IMG/VR virus record: IMGVR_UViG_3300021961_005592
Location: 32,001 to 96,000 of that record
Direction: 5' to 3' (one strand)
Source of the DNA: a virus
Length of the DNA: 64,000 nucleotides
In this document: one piece after another, positions 1 through 10,730 of the stretch
Layout: each line of letters starts with the position of its first letter
Numbering within the stretch: the stretch's first letter is position 1
Made by a program: the position numbers and the translations under genes
The notes under the pieces: generated by a model
The model's database searches: none
What the model was told of the DNA's origin: nothing
Seen by the model: only the letters and a program-made list of their open reading frames with translations

Positions 1-1
1 T

Positions 2-3000
2 GCAGTTCTAGCAGTAATGTCAAAACAAATTGGGTCCGATAGTGCAGTTAATGTAAAACTTTTAGTTTACAGATTAATTGGTGAAAAATATAATTTAGAT
101 CAAGTAATAGACCTTGACAAAAATGCGGCAAAATTGTCATTAGCACCTTTGGGTAATATTATTGCAGTATCAGTTCCAGAAAATGATTCTAAAAAACGTG
201 ATCAAGGAAAGGTAGATGTTTACAGATTTACAAACGGATTATTTACACTAACACAAACTCTAACGCCGCCTCAAAATGAAGAGTCAGAAAAATTTGGAAC
301 TAGCATGTCATTTAGTAATGACAATCTAGTTGTGACTAGCCTAAATGGCGATATGAAATTACCTACAACATTTGATGTTAACAATAAAAATGAAACAACA
401 TTTGATAACGGGTTTACTTCGTTTAGAAATATTATTAGAGATACCGGAGTTGTTTATATATTTGAAGACATTGAAGATAGCTTAGTATTTGCAGAGTCTT
501 TTAGATACGACAATAAGGTTGTTAGCTTTGGTGAGTTTTTATTAGCTAAAGGAAATCATGTATATGTTGGAATGCCACGTGTTGGGACAGACATGTTTAA
601 AGGTACTGTCTTGGAATATAGAAAATCAAAAAATTCGTTTGCATGGCAACGAATTCGAGAACTTGTACCAGCAGCTGATCTTTCTAAAATTAAAGGAGCA
701 TTCCTTTATAACAAGCGTACCAATCAAATAATAACCTATCTAGATTATATTGATCCTATTCAGGGAAAAGTTGCTGGACCTGCTGAGCAAGAACTCACGC
801 ATAAAGTTCCATTTGATCCAGCAACATATAATGTTGGCGTATTTACTGGTGTCGATACAGATGTATTTTGGGCAGATGAACATGTTGGAGAATTATGGTG
901 GAATATAAAAACAGCAAGATTCACATATCCATACCAGGGTGATATAAAATACCAACGAGCAAATTGGAACGAATTGCAACCGGGTGCAAGTATAGATGTA
1001 TATGAATGGGTAGCTAGTGACGTTCTACCTAGCCAGTGGGATCTATTAGCAGATACTACCGACGGTGTACAACGAGGTATAAGTGGAACATCAGTCTACA
1101 ACGATAGTCTTTACAGTCAAAAGTTTTTATACAATGAAGAAACAAAGACTTTTGCAAACAAATACTATTTTTGGGTAGAGCGTAAATTAACAGTACCTAA
1201 TGTCGAAAATAGAAAATTGAGTGCATTTGATGTTGCAAGATTAATTGCGCAACCGCGCCAACAAGGATATAGATTTATTAGTTTCTTATCAAAAGATAGA
1301 TTTCTTCTTAACAACTGCGAAAGTTTAATTTATAATACTGATGTGGTTTTAAACATTAAGTACTCAACGTTTGATGACAAAGAAAGAAATGCTCACAGTG
1401 CATACCAAATACTATCAGAAGGTTTAGAATCAAGTGTTATACATCCCGACATAGAACGTAAATGGTGGGATAGTTTAGTAGGTTATGATGAACAGGGGAG
1501 GACAGTTCCTGGAGAACATTTAACAGTTAAACAAAAATACGGAGTACAAAATAGACCAAGACAGAGTATGTTTGTGAACCGTACAGAAGCGTTAAAGCAA
1601 TACGTAGAAAGAGTAAACCGTGTATGTAAAGATAATATTTTAGTTGACTCTTATGACTTAACGTTGCTAAATGATAAAGAACCGTTGCCATATGAGGCGA
1701 GCGGCTTATATGATGTTACTGTAGATACATTTGACGAGTTAAAATTTGTAAGCACAAACAAAATTGAACAAGCAGCACTAACACCAATTGTACAAAACGG
1801 AAAAATCGTTCGTGTAGATATAGATAATCCTGGTCGAGGTTATAAAATAGCACCGTCTTATACTTTAGTTGGTGCTGGTACAGACGCTGAATTTAAATTA
1901 ACTATTAATAATATTGGACAAGTTACTGACGTTAAAGTGTTAAGTACTGGGTCTGGCTATGGTTCTAATACTAAGATATTTGTAAGACGTTATAGTACAT
2001 TAGTAACTAGTGATATCTCAATTAACGGAAAATGGTCAATTTACAGTTGGAATAACACTTCAAAATTATGGGAAAGAACAAGCGTACAAGATTATAATGT
2101 TTCTGCTTACTGGAATTACCTTGATTGGTACGCTACTGGATATAACAGTCTTACACCTATTACGTTTGAAGTAGAGCAAACTAGTGATGTACCTGCATTG
2201 CCAATTAATGTTGGAGACATAGTTAAAATTAATTCAGTTGGCTCTGGTGGTTGGTTATTGCTAGAAAAAATAGCCAACGAATCTACAGAAGATTTCACTG
2301 TTAATTTTAAAACAATTGGTAGAGAAAACGGAACTATTGAATTTAAAGACACATTATATAATTACGAAAAAAGCTACGTAGGGTTTGATAATAGAACCTT
2401 TGACGTTAGTTCATATGATAATAACCCAATAACAGAGTTAAGAATTATTCTTAACCTAGTTAAAAATAAGTTGTTTGTTGGTGAATTAAAGGTAGAATAT
2501 AATAAGTTGTTCTTTGCTAGTTTAAGATATGTTCTTCATGAACAAAATTATGTTGATTGGATGTTTAAAACCAGCTTTATTAAGATCAAACATAATGTAG
2601 GAACATTAGAACAAGACATTACATTTAATACTGATACATTACCAAGCTACAAGTCATATGTTGAAGAAGTAAAGCCTTACAAGAGTGTTATTAGGGAGTT
2701 CGTTAGTGCATACGACACAGTTGATAATACTAATAGTGTTATAAGCGACTTTGATGTGCCACCTTATTATAATACTTTAAAGAAGGAAATTACCCCAGTT
2801 GAGGCAGTATTGATTGGAAATAATATTGTTTCTGATGATAATGTTTTACAACAATATCCAAGAAAAAATTGGCTTGATAATCATGGATATGAAGTAGTAG
2901 ATATACAAGTTAAAGACGGCGGCTCTGGATTTACTACTAAGCCTATAGTTAAAATTACTGGTGGCGGCGGATCCGGCGCAACAGCTGAGGCATATTTAGG

Positions 3001-6000
3001 ATATGGAAAAATAACTAGAATTAAAGTTACTAATACTGGGTCTGGTTATATAAAATCTCCTACAATTACAATTGAAGGTTCACAAGTTAACGGAAGCCCG
3101 GCCAAGGTCAGTGCAGTACTTGGCAATGGCGTTGTTCGTACTCCGACAATTAAAATTAAATTTGACAGAGTTTCCGGAACATATTTTATTAGTACGTTAT
3201 TGACCACTGAAATCTTTACAGGAACAGCATTGACCACAACCTTTAATTTAGAATGGCCAATAGATACTATACCTTCTAAAATAAAAGTTTTTATAAACAA
3301 TGTTGAACAACTGAGAAGTACATATACCTATAAAAATATATCTAATATGACAGTTGGGTATCAAAGACTGCAAGGACAGCTAAAATTTAACAATCCACCA
3401 GCTAACGGATCAGTTATTAAAATTGAATACTACAAGCCGTTGTCAATGCTGACAGCAGCTGATAGAATTAAATTGTCTGAGATAGATAACATGCTAGGAA
3501 AAACCTTAGCATATCTAATGGATGGCATTGATTACGGCGGCGTTGAAGTAACAAGTTTTGACTTTGGAACTGAGGCTGGATGGGATACAAAAGGATGGTA
3601 TGTTGATACCTGGGATGTGTTCGATAATACATATGAAGATGAAGTGTTTACATTTGATCAATCGACGCTTGCTGTTGAACTGTCTGCACCTTTAGAAACT
3701 GGTATGATTTATAACCTGTATTTAAAACGTGCAGGAACTACTACACCGATAAGAATTGACGATCCAAATTTTGGAAACAATAATCAAGGTAACCCAAACG
3801 CATTAATGCCAAGCATTTTGGGAGACGGTGTAACAACAGTTATTAATTTAGGAGATTATGACTTCTTTGCAAACGACGGAGATGTTTTAATTGTTAGGAA
3901 GCATACTAGCGATGGTTCATTTATTCCTGATCCTGAAAGTTACGACACTGAACTAATTGGTGGCGATCTTCCGTATGCTACTGCTAAGGGAATTCGCGCT
4001 GAAGAAATAATTGTTGATGGTGATGGGTTTGTAACACCAACAACAAGCAAAGGTCCAGAAGAATTAGTTCCAGGACAAGTATTAGATTCATTAGATATTA
4101 AAGTTTACACCAGAGATACTATTGGCCAAGGATTAATTACCTGTCAGAATTATATAATGAATTCAGCCGTTGATACTTATAGTTTAGGAGTAGTTCCCGG
4201 AACAACTGCATCAGTATTTGTTAAACTCGACAATATTTTACTAGCTGACGACGAATATACAATTGATTGGGATGAACTTACAGTAACTATTCACAATCCA
4301 GTTGAAGGTGTTGAACTGAATATTATAGCAGTTGAAAGAGGCGGCCAGGGAATTCTTGATTACGGAAAAATAGTTATTGACAACAGTGTTGAAGAGGTAG
4401 TTATACCGAGAACATATATTGCAGGTGAAACACTATTTGTAACTGTTAATGGTGTAAGGAACGAAGTAACTTCTGTTGCCGATGAAACTACAGGACATCA
4501 TTTAATAACTTTTGATAGATATTTAGAAGTTGGAGATGTAGTACATTGGACAGTATTCCGATATGACGGCAATGAAATAAACTATAGCCAAATTACTAAA
4601 GATGCGTTTACAGGTGACGGCAACACTACTGCATTTGTACTATCTGAGGTGCCATTCTACGCTGAACCAACTGCGTATAATGTACTTGTTAAAGTTGGTA
4701 ATAGAATACTCTACCCAGGTTATAATATACAGTACACAATACCTGAAAATAGACAGAGAGAATTTACTTTGGAATCTTTCCAACAACCTGGAAATGCACT
4801 AACTACCGAAGATGTTAATGTTTATATTAACGGAGAAAAAATAGAACCGCCTGTGCAATGGCGTTTTGATATTTTTAATAGTAGTATTGTGCTAGCTGAT
4901 GCATACGGAAATGTTGGAGACACAGTTGACATATACGTTATTACTGACGGTGAGTATTCAATTAATGGTACAACTTTAATTCTTAATAATGCTCCGGCAG
5001 ATGGGGAAAGTGTTGAAATCTTTAAATATAGTAACCATAATATAGTTGGTATGGAAAGAATTAACTATGATGTTGTTTCTAGAGTTGCAGTTTTAACAAG
5101 CGACGTTGAACAAGTAACATTCCAACGTTTAACTGTTGGCGAAATTACTCTTAGAAATCCAGCAGTCGATGTCCAGTATGTTTGGGTAAGTGTTAACGGA
5201 GAACTATTATCGCCAAGCGTAGACTACTATCTAACTGATAACAAAACAAAAGTTAGATTAGTTAGACAGCCACATGCTGACGACACTATTGACATTATAC
5301 ATTTTTCAAAGTATTCGTCAACTCCTCGTTTTGCGTACAGACAGTTTAAAGATATTCTAAACAGGACTCACTTTAAGAGACTAGATTCTCCGGCTACTGT
5401 TCTTGCAGCTCCGTTGCTGGAAACTGATTTACGAATTGAATTGCAAAATGCTAACTCGTTGCCAGAACCTAATAGAGGAGCAAGACAACCAGGAGTAATT
5501 TTTATAGACGGTGAGCGCATTGAGTATTTTATGAAAGAAGGAAATACATTGCGTTTGTTGCGTCGAGGCACATTAGGTACCGGAACAAAAGCACGTTATG
5601 ATATAGGAACAGATGTATACGATCAGTCTGCTAAGAAAACAGTACCATATAAAGATGTGACTCAAGTGCAGAAAATTATTGCTCCTGGCAATATCAGTAC
5701 TTTTGAGCTTAATTTTAAAGCTCAAAGTGTAGACGAATTTGAAATTTTTGTTGCAGGTAAGAGACTAAGAAAAACTGCAATCTCAGTGTTTGATCCGTCT
5801 ATTGCATTAGATAGTCCCAAAGGCGATGTAGTTACTCCTGCAGAGTTTACAGTAAGTACAGATATAGATGAAGTTACAGGTAAAATTTTAACAAGTTATG
5901 TAAATCTCTTAGAGGCACCATTAGAAGGACAACATATAGTTATTACCCGTAAGATGGGTAAAACTTGGACAGAAAATGGAGTTCCTCTTGCTGAAACGCA

Positions 6001-6052
6001 AACAGATATAGGGTTTTTCTTGAGAGCAGGAACAACCAAGCTACCCGAATAA
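2..6052 (+). CDS. Very large virion structural protein (baseplate wedge/tail-associated), N-terminus outside window
   Basis: The frame is open from position 2, upstream of the ATG at 17. It has FG-GAP-like segments (EKFGTSMSFS, SFGEFLLA), repeated GRGY/GSGY/GGSGF beta modules and FTGDGNTTAF-type repeats, and lies upstream of tail-fibre genes. Confidence 0.7.
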   Translation, partial: AVLAVMSKQIGSDSAVNVKLLVYRLIGEKYNLDQVIDLDKNAAKLSLAPLGNIIAVSVPENDSKKRDQGKVDVYRFTNGLFTLTQTLTPPQNEESEKFGTSMSFSNDNLVVTSLNGDMKLPTTFDVNNKNETTFDNGFTSFRNIIRDTGVVYIFEDIEDSLVFAESFRYDNKVVSFGEFLLAKGNHVYVGMPRVGTDMFKGTVLEYRKSKNSFAWQRIRELVPAADLSKIKGAFLYNKRTNQIITYLDYIDPIQGKVAGPAEQELTHKVPFDPATYNVGVFTGVDTDVFWADEHVGELWWNIKTARFTYPYQGDIKYQRANWNELQPGASIDVYEWVASDVLPSQWDLLADTTDGVQRGISGTSVYNDSLYSQKFLYNEETKTFANKYYFWVERKLTVPNVENRKLSAFDVARLIAQPRQQGYRFISFLSKDRFLLNNCESLIYNTDVVLNIKYSTFDDKERNAHSAYQILSEGLESSVIHPDIERKWWDSLVGYDEQGRTVPGEHLTVKQKYGVQNRPRQSMFVNRTEALKQYVERVNRVCKDNILVDSYDLTLLNDKEPLPYEASGLYDVTVDTFDELKFVSTNKIEQAALTPIVQNGKIVRVDIDNPGRGYKIAPSYTLVGAGTDAEFKLTINNIGQVTDVKVLSTGSGYGSNTKIFVRRYSTLVTSDISINGKWSIYSWNNTSKLWERTSVQDYNVSAYWNYLDWYATGYNSLTPITFEVEQTSDVPALPINVGDIVKINSVGSGGWLLLEKIANESTEDFTVNFKTIGRENGTIEFKDTLYNYEKSYVGFDNRTFDVSSYDNNPITELRIILNLVKNKLFVGELKVEYNKLFFASLRYVLHEQNYVDWMFKTSFIKIKHNVGTLEQDITFNTDTLPSYKSYVEEVKPYKSVIREFVSAYDTVDNTNSVISDFDVPPYYNTLKKEITPVEAVLIGNNIVSDDNVLQQYPRKNWLDNHGYEVVDIQVKDGGSGFTTKPIVKITGGGGSGATAEAYLGYGKITRIKVTNTGSGYIKSPTITIEGSQVNGSPAKVSAVLGNGVVRTPTIKIKFDRVSGTYFISTLLTTEIFTGTALTTTFNLEWPIDTIPSKIKVFINNVEQLRSTYTYKNISNMTVGYQRLQGQLKFNNPPANGSVIKIEYYKPLSMLTAADRIKLSEIDNMLGKTLAYLMDGIDYGGVEVTSFDFGTEAGWDTKGWYVDTWDVFDNTYEDEVFTFDQSTLAVELSAPLETGMIYNLYLKRAGTTTPIRIDDPNFGNNNQGNPNALMPSILGDGVTTVINLGDYDFFANDGDVLIVRKHTSDGSFIPDPESYDTELIGGDLPYATAKGIRAEEIIVDGDGFVTPTTSKGPEELVPGQVLDSLDIKVYTRDTIGQGLITCQNYIMNSAVDTYSLGVVPGTTASVFVKLDNILLADDEYTIDWDELTVTIHNPVEGVELNIIAVERGGQGILDYGKIVIDNSVEEVVIPRTYIAGETLFVTVNGVRNEVTSVADETTGHHLITFDRYLEVGDVVHWTVFRYDGNEINYSQITKDAFTGDGNTTAFVLSEVPFYAEPTAYNVLVKVGNRILYPGYNIQYTIPENRQREFTLESFQQPGNALTTEDVNVYINGEKIEPPVQWRFDIFNSSIVLADAYGNVGDTVDIYVITDGEYSINGTTLILNNAPADGESVEIFKYSNHNIVGMERINYDVVSRVAVLTSDVEQVTFQRLTVGEITLRNPAVDVQYVWVSVNGELLSPSVDYYLTDNKTKVRLVRQPHADDTIDIIHFSKYSSTPRFAYRQFKDILNRTHFKRLDSPATVLAAPLLETDLRIELQNANSLPEPNRGARQPGVIFIDGERIEYFMKEGNTLRLLRRGTLGTGTKARYDIGTDVYDQSAKKTVPYKDVTQVQKIIAPGNISTFELNFKAQSVDEFEIFVAGKRLRKTAISVFDPSIALDSPKGDVVTPAEFTVSTDIDEVTGKILTSYVNLLEAPLEGQHIVITRKMGKTWTENGVPLAETQTDIGFFLRAGTTKLPE

Positions 6053-6055
6053 ATA
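6050..6055 (+). promoter_or_regulatory. T4-like late promoter core TAAATA
   Basis: The motif recurs at many gene starts in this window; here it overlaps the upstream stop codon. Confidence 0.55.
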
Positions 6056-6070
6056 CAGTATGGAAAAGGA

Positions 6071-6682
6071 ATGAGTGGAATTATGCAAGATCAAAACGGA
6101 GTACTAATACAAGGGCATATTAAAATATTTGACCCTGTATCAAAAGAAGTATACGTTAATAAACGTAACGCCATACATTACGAAAATATGAGTATAGCAC
6201 TAGCTGAAAGTTTAAGTAATGCAGGGCAAGGGTTTATTTACGAAATGAGTTTTGGGAATGGCGGAACGTCAGTAGATCCAACTGGCATTATTTCCTACTT
6301 AACACCTAACTCAACGGGAACTAATGCAAGTTTGTATAATCAAACCTATACAAAGATTGTTGATGACAGAAGTGTTAACAACACAGATCCTGCACGTAAC
6401 TTTATTGAAACCCGTCATGTAACCGGTACTAGCTATACTGATGTAGTGGTAAGCTGTTTACTAGATTACGGAGAACCAAACGGACAGGATGCGTTTGACA
6501 CAGCGTCGGATACAAATAATTCGTATGTGTTTGACGAATTGGGTTTGAGAAGTTTTTCTAGTTCGGGAACAGGACGATTAATTACTCATGTCATTTTCCA
6601 CCCTGTACAAAAATCCTTAAACCGATTAATACAAATAGACTATACTGTTCGTGTACAAAGTTTATCAGGTAGCGGGGTATAA
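6071..6682 (+). CDS. Putative baseplate/tail-fibre attachment structural protein
   Basis: 203 aa; FDELGL...ITHVIFHPVQKS...IDYTVR resembles fibre-attachment domains; structural context. Confidence 0.55.
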   Translation: MSGIMQDQNGVLIQGHIKIFDPVSKEVYVNKRNAIHYENMSIALAESLSNAGQGFIYEMSFGNGGTSVDPTGIISYLTPNSTGTNASLYNQTYTKIVDDRSVNNTDPARNFIETRHVTGTSYTDVVVSCLLDYGEPNGQDAFDTASDTNNSYVFDELGLRSFSSSGTGRLITHVIFHPVQKSLNRLIQIDYTVRVQSLSGSGV

Positions 6683-6684
6683 CA

Positions 6685-8739
6685 ATGGCATACGAAGTAA
6701 ATTATACTGACAATGTAAACAAGGGTGTTATTGTTGTTGAAGACGGTGCAATAAACACAGAAACTTCGTTGTCCTTTCCGGGCAGATCGAGTACCGCGTA
6801 TGGACAGATTATAGCAGAAAATTTCTTACATTTATTAGAAAATTTTGCTAATACTACTGCTCCATTAAGACCTGTTGAAGGACAGTTATGGTACGATAAC
6901 ACAGACGGTGTTGATCAGCTAAAAGTTTACGATGGAACTACTTGGGTAGCTGCCGGTGGCCTTAAAAAAGCAACGTCACAACCCGCAGTTTCAAATTCTG
7001 TAGCTGGAGATTTATGGGTTAACACTGATAGTCAACAACTGTATTTGTTTACAGGAACGTCGTGGCTACTAGTTGGTCCTAGCTTTTCGGATGGTTTGCT
7101 GACAGGTGCTCAATCTGAAGCTATTGTTGGAACCGACGATAACACGTATAGTGTATTAATTATTAAAGTTGAAGATAAACCAGTTGCAATTATTAGTACA
7201 CAGGAATTTATTCCTAAAAGTGCTATTCCAGGATTTAGAACAGGTATCAAGGCAGGTTTTAATATATCATCAACACCAATTATTGGTACTCAGTACCTAA
7301 AGTACTATGGGACAGCAGAAAAAGCTGAAGCACTAGTAATAGGTACAGAGCCAATTGCTGCTAGCAACTTTTTACGTGGTGATGTAGTATCGACTACTAG
7401 TTATCCGTTAAAAGTAAAGGCTAATGATGGTTTAGTGGTAGGCACAGGTGAACAGATAAACCTAAAACTAGTAGGAGAGGCTGGCGTTATTCAACATAAT
7501 ACCCCTGGTGCTAATTTTGATTTCGTGCTGCGTGAGGGCAGCACAAACTATACCGTTATGCGTATAGACAGTACACAAAAAGTTGGTATTAACAACACCG
7601 CTCCAGATGAAGATCTTGACGTGGTTGGTAATGTGCAGATTAGTTCAAAACCAACTGATTCAACTACTGGTGTTTTAAAAATAGAAAGCACGATTGAGTC
7701 TGATGATATTAATGCAGGTTCATTAATTGTAAAAGGCGGTGTCGGCATTGCTTTAAATGTAAACATTGGAGGCAATGTAGATGTTGGCGGCATTATTACA
7801 ACAGGGAATATTGTTCCAGATGGAAACAGTGTACGTAATATAGGAAACGCTTCGACAAAATATGATCAAGTTTATGCAACAACGTTTTATGGAAATTTAC
7901 AAGGAAATGTAAGCGGTACAGTAACTGGTCGTGCTGGAAGTGCAGACAAACTAGCAAGTGCTACAACATTTGGTATTAATGGTGATGTTGAAGCAAATAG
8001 TTTTGCTTTCGATGGACAGTCCGGTGGCTCAATTAAAACGTTTGATGTTAGGATTAGAAACAGTTTTATTTCAAATAAAGACGTTGTATATGATGTTGAT
8101 AACGCTGATGAAATATTAGTTAACAAAGTTATTGGTGAAACAGGACTCTATAGAGTTACAAAAAGAAACCTATTAAAATCAATTCCGCTAATTCCGGCTG
8201 GAGCAATTATGCCATTTGGCGGCATAGAAGCACCTGCAGGATGGTTATTATGTGACGGGTCTGAAGTTAGAAAATCTGATTACACAATTTTGTGGGAATC
8301 AATTGGGTTTAACTTTAGAGATGCTTCACTAATTAGTGACGGCGGCGTAAACTTTTTCTGTTTACCAGACCTAAGAGGAAGATTTGCTCTTGGTGCTGAT
8401 AATATGGGAGGACCTAGTGCAAACAGAGTAACTAGTTCAGCAGCTGATGCAGTAGGTAACAGTTCGGGTGAAGAAACAAAGACGATTGGTCTTGACAATT
8501 TACCGGAACATGAACACGATTTAGAAGGTCCAAGTGGTACACAGTATTATGCTATGCGAGTTGGAAGCGGTGAACCGCTTGACGAACAGGCTATTAATCT
8601 ACCAATTGAACCAGGACTAGGTGGGACACAAGGTCTTGCATCAAGTGGAGGTATTTCAACAGCTACTGAGTTGGGTGCTCCTTTAGATGTTATGAATCCT
8701 TACTTAGTAGTTAATTACATAATTTATACTGGACAATAA
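6685..8739 (+). CDS. Tail fibre protein with C-terminal tail-collar domain
   Basis: Collar motif AGAIMPFGGIEAPAGWLLCDG...PDLRGRF...NLPEHEH...MNPYLVVNYII; N-terminal module shared with the next two genes. Confidence 0.85.
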   Translation: MAYEVNYTDNVNKGVIVVEDGAINTETSLSFPGRSSTAYGQIIAENFLHLLENFANTTAPLRPVEGQLWYDNTDGVDQLKVYDGTTWVAAGGLKKATSQPAVSNSVAGDLWVNTDSQQLYLFTGTSWLLVGPSFSDGLLTGAQSEAIVGTDDNTYSVLIIKVEDKPVAIISTQEFIPKSAIPGFRTGIKAGFNISSTPIIGTQYLKYYGTAEKAEALVIGTEPIAASNFLRGDVVSTTSYPLKVKANDGLVVGTGEQINLKLVGEAGVIQHNTPGANFDFVLREGSTNYTVMRIDSTQKVGINNTAPDEDLDVVGNVQISSKPTDSTTGVLKIESTIESDDINAGSLIVKGGVGIALNVNIGGNVDVGGIITTGNIVPDGNSVRNIGNASTKYDQVYATTFYGNLQGNVSGTVTGRAGSADKLASATTFGINGDVEANSFAFDGQSGGSIKTFDVRIRNSFISNKDVVYDVDNADEILVNKVIGETGLYRVTKRNLLKSIPLIPAGAIMPFGGIEAPAGWLLCDGSEVRKSDYTILWESIGFNFRDASLISDGGVNFFCLPDLRGRFALGADNMGGPSANRVTSSAADAVGNSSGEETKTIGLDNLPEHEHDLEGPSGTQYYAMRVGSGEPLDEQAINLPIEPGLGGTQGLASSGGISTATELGAPLDVMNPYLVVNYIIYTGQ

Positions 8740-8740
8740 G

Positions 8741-10687
8741 ATGGCGTATCAATTAAACAGAACAAACGGAACAATTTTAACAGAGCTAATTGATGGTCAG
8801 ATTGATATACAAAGCACTAACCTTACCCTAGTAGGCAGAAACTACTCTGGATACGGTGAAGCCTTTAATGAAAATTTCATCAGACTGTTAGAAAACTTTG
8901 CTAATACCGCTGCTCCAAGCAACCCATTAACGGGTCAAATATGGTGGGATACTAGTGAAGAACGTTTGAAAGTTTATGATGGTACGATATGGAAAGCTAG
9001 TGGAGGTCCATACGTACAAGACAGTCGTCCTCAAATGGTTGCAGGCGATTTATGGATAGATAACTTAAACAACCAAGTTTATGCATACGACGGCGCTGAC
9101 ACTATTTTAATTGGTCCAGGTTATACACAGTCTCAAGGCAAAAGCGGATTTGAAGTTGTTAGTATATTAGATAATCAAAGTCGTTCTCGTACAATAGCAA
9201 AGTTTAATATTGGCGGAACACTAGTAGGAGTATTTAGTGCTGTACAATTTACACCAATCTATGCTGCTCGTATTACTGATTTAGTAACTGACGATAACCC
9301 AACAGGAATTATTTATGAAGGGTTTAATATAGTAAATTCTGCTACATTTAAATTCCACGGAATCGCTAACAGCTCTAATGCACTAGTAACCAATGCTGGA
9401 GAAATTAGAACTGCTGACCAGTTTTTACCTTCCGACTCAAACGGTATTACAGTTGGTACATTAACAATTCAAAACTCCGGCGGTTTAACAATAGGAACTT
9501 CGCAGAATAACGTACAAAAAGTTGTTGGTCCTCGTTTCTATATTGAAAACCAGCTTAGAGATCATGATATAAGTTTGCGTGTTAGATCTACCGTTTACGA
9601 ATCTCTTATTGTAGATGCGCTTTATATAGATGCAAGCGAAGCTAGGATAGGTATTTTTACAACTAATAGGCTTCCAGAATACACTCTTGATGTTGAAGGC
9701 GATTTACGAGTAACCGGAAATCTTTTAGTTGAAGGTGATACAACTACTATAGAAGTGGGCGTGTTAAGAGTTGAAGATAAAAATATTGAGCTTGGATCAC
9801 TTAACGATAGTTCAATAGGCGGAAATTCAGCAATAGACGACGGCGGCGTAATATTACTATCAAGCGACGGTAATAAGACGATTTTATGGAAAGAAGCAAC
9901 ACAGTCTTGGAAATTTAACCAAAATATTGATCTAGTAACAGACGATACATATTTAAAATATTATGCCATTCAAGGTGTTCCTAAATTAACAGAAGATTCG
10001 TTAATGAACGTCTTGTTTGCAACTGACTTAATTCAGGTTGGTCAGCTACAATTTTTAGATGTTGATCAAATTAATATCAACGACACTACAATTAAAGCAG
10101 GCACTGCTGTAGCACTAGGTGATGATAATGATAACTTGTTACCTTTAAATCTAATTTCAACAGCAGAAATTAATATTACAGCATCTGGGGCAATTACACT
10201 TGTAAATCCACAACAAATTAAAAATGTTACAGATCCGGTTGATGATCAGGACGCTGCAACTAAATTTTATGTAGACAGAGAAATTCTTACTACTCCAATT
10301 ACGTTCAGCTTAGATGTTACTGGTCTAGGATCAGGAACTGCATTAGAAAATGCAGTAGCAGGTTATTTGAACGATTTATACCCTGCTACCTCTGAAAACA
10401 GTGGAAAAATTGCAAGAATACACACAACTTCATACGCAGGAGCAACTGTAAGTGGCATCACTGTATCAGTATCTGAATATCCTGATACGACTGGTGTTTT
10501 GGTTAAGTCTAAAATTGGGGTAGATGCAAACGGCACACTAAATGAATCAGTAGTTGAAGATATAGTTTTTTCTAATACAGCATCAGGTGTTGCTGTATTA
10601 GCGCCTTCGAGGGCATTAATGGTATATGAAAGTAGCGGTTCTAGCTGGGTTTATCAGCCTTTAGACTCAATTGCAGTATATCCGTAA
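8741..10687 (+). CDS. Tail fibre-like protein
   Basis: Shared N-terminal module (GYGEAFNENFIRLLENFA...GQIWWD...LKVYDG); DPVDDQDAATKFYVD trimeric-fibre neck motif. Confidence 0.75.
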   Translation: MAYQLNRTNGTILTELIDGQIDIQSTNLTLVGRNYSGYGEAFNENFIRLLENFANTAAPSNPLTGQIWWDTSEERLKVYDGTIWKASGGPYVQDSRPQMVAGDLWIDNLNNQVYAYDGADTILIGPGYTQSQGKSGFEVVSILDNQSRSRTIAKFNIGGTLVGVFSAVQFTPIYAARITDLVTDDNPTGIIYEGFNIVNSATFKFHGIANSSNALVTNAGEIRTADQFLPSDSNGITVGTLTIQNSGGLTIGTSQNNVQKVVGPRFYIENQLRDHDISLRVRSTVYESLIVDALYIDASEARIGIFTTNRLPEYTLDVEGDLRVTGNLLVEGDTTTIEVGVLRVEDKNIELGSLNDSSIGGNSAIDDGGVILLSSDGNKTILWKEATQSWKFNQNIDLVTDDTYLKYYAIQGVPKLTEDSLMNVLFATDLIQVGQLQFLDVDQININDTTIKAGTAVALGDDNDNLLPLNLISTAEINITASGAITLVNPQQIKNVTDPVDDQDAATKFYVDREILTTPITFSLDVTGLGSGTALENAVAGYLNDLYPATSENSGKIARIHTTSYAGATVSGITVSVSEYPDTTGVLVKSKIGVDANGTLNESVVEDIVFSNTASGVAVLAPSRALMVYESSGSSWVYQPLDSIAVYP

Positions 10688-10694
10688 AATGCGA

Positions 10695-10700
10695 TAAATA
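10695..10700 (+). promoter_or_regulatory. Late promoter core TAAATA
   Basis: Intergenic GATAAATA about 30 nt upstream of the fibre gene at 10731. Confidence 0.55.
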
Positions 10701-10730
10701 ACTTAAAGCACTATTAGGGGTTAAACAAAA

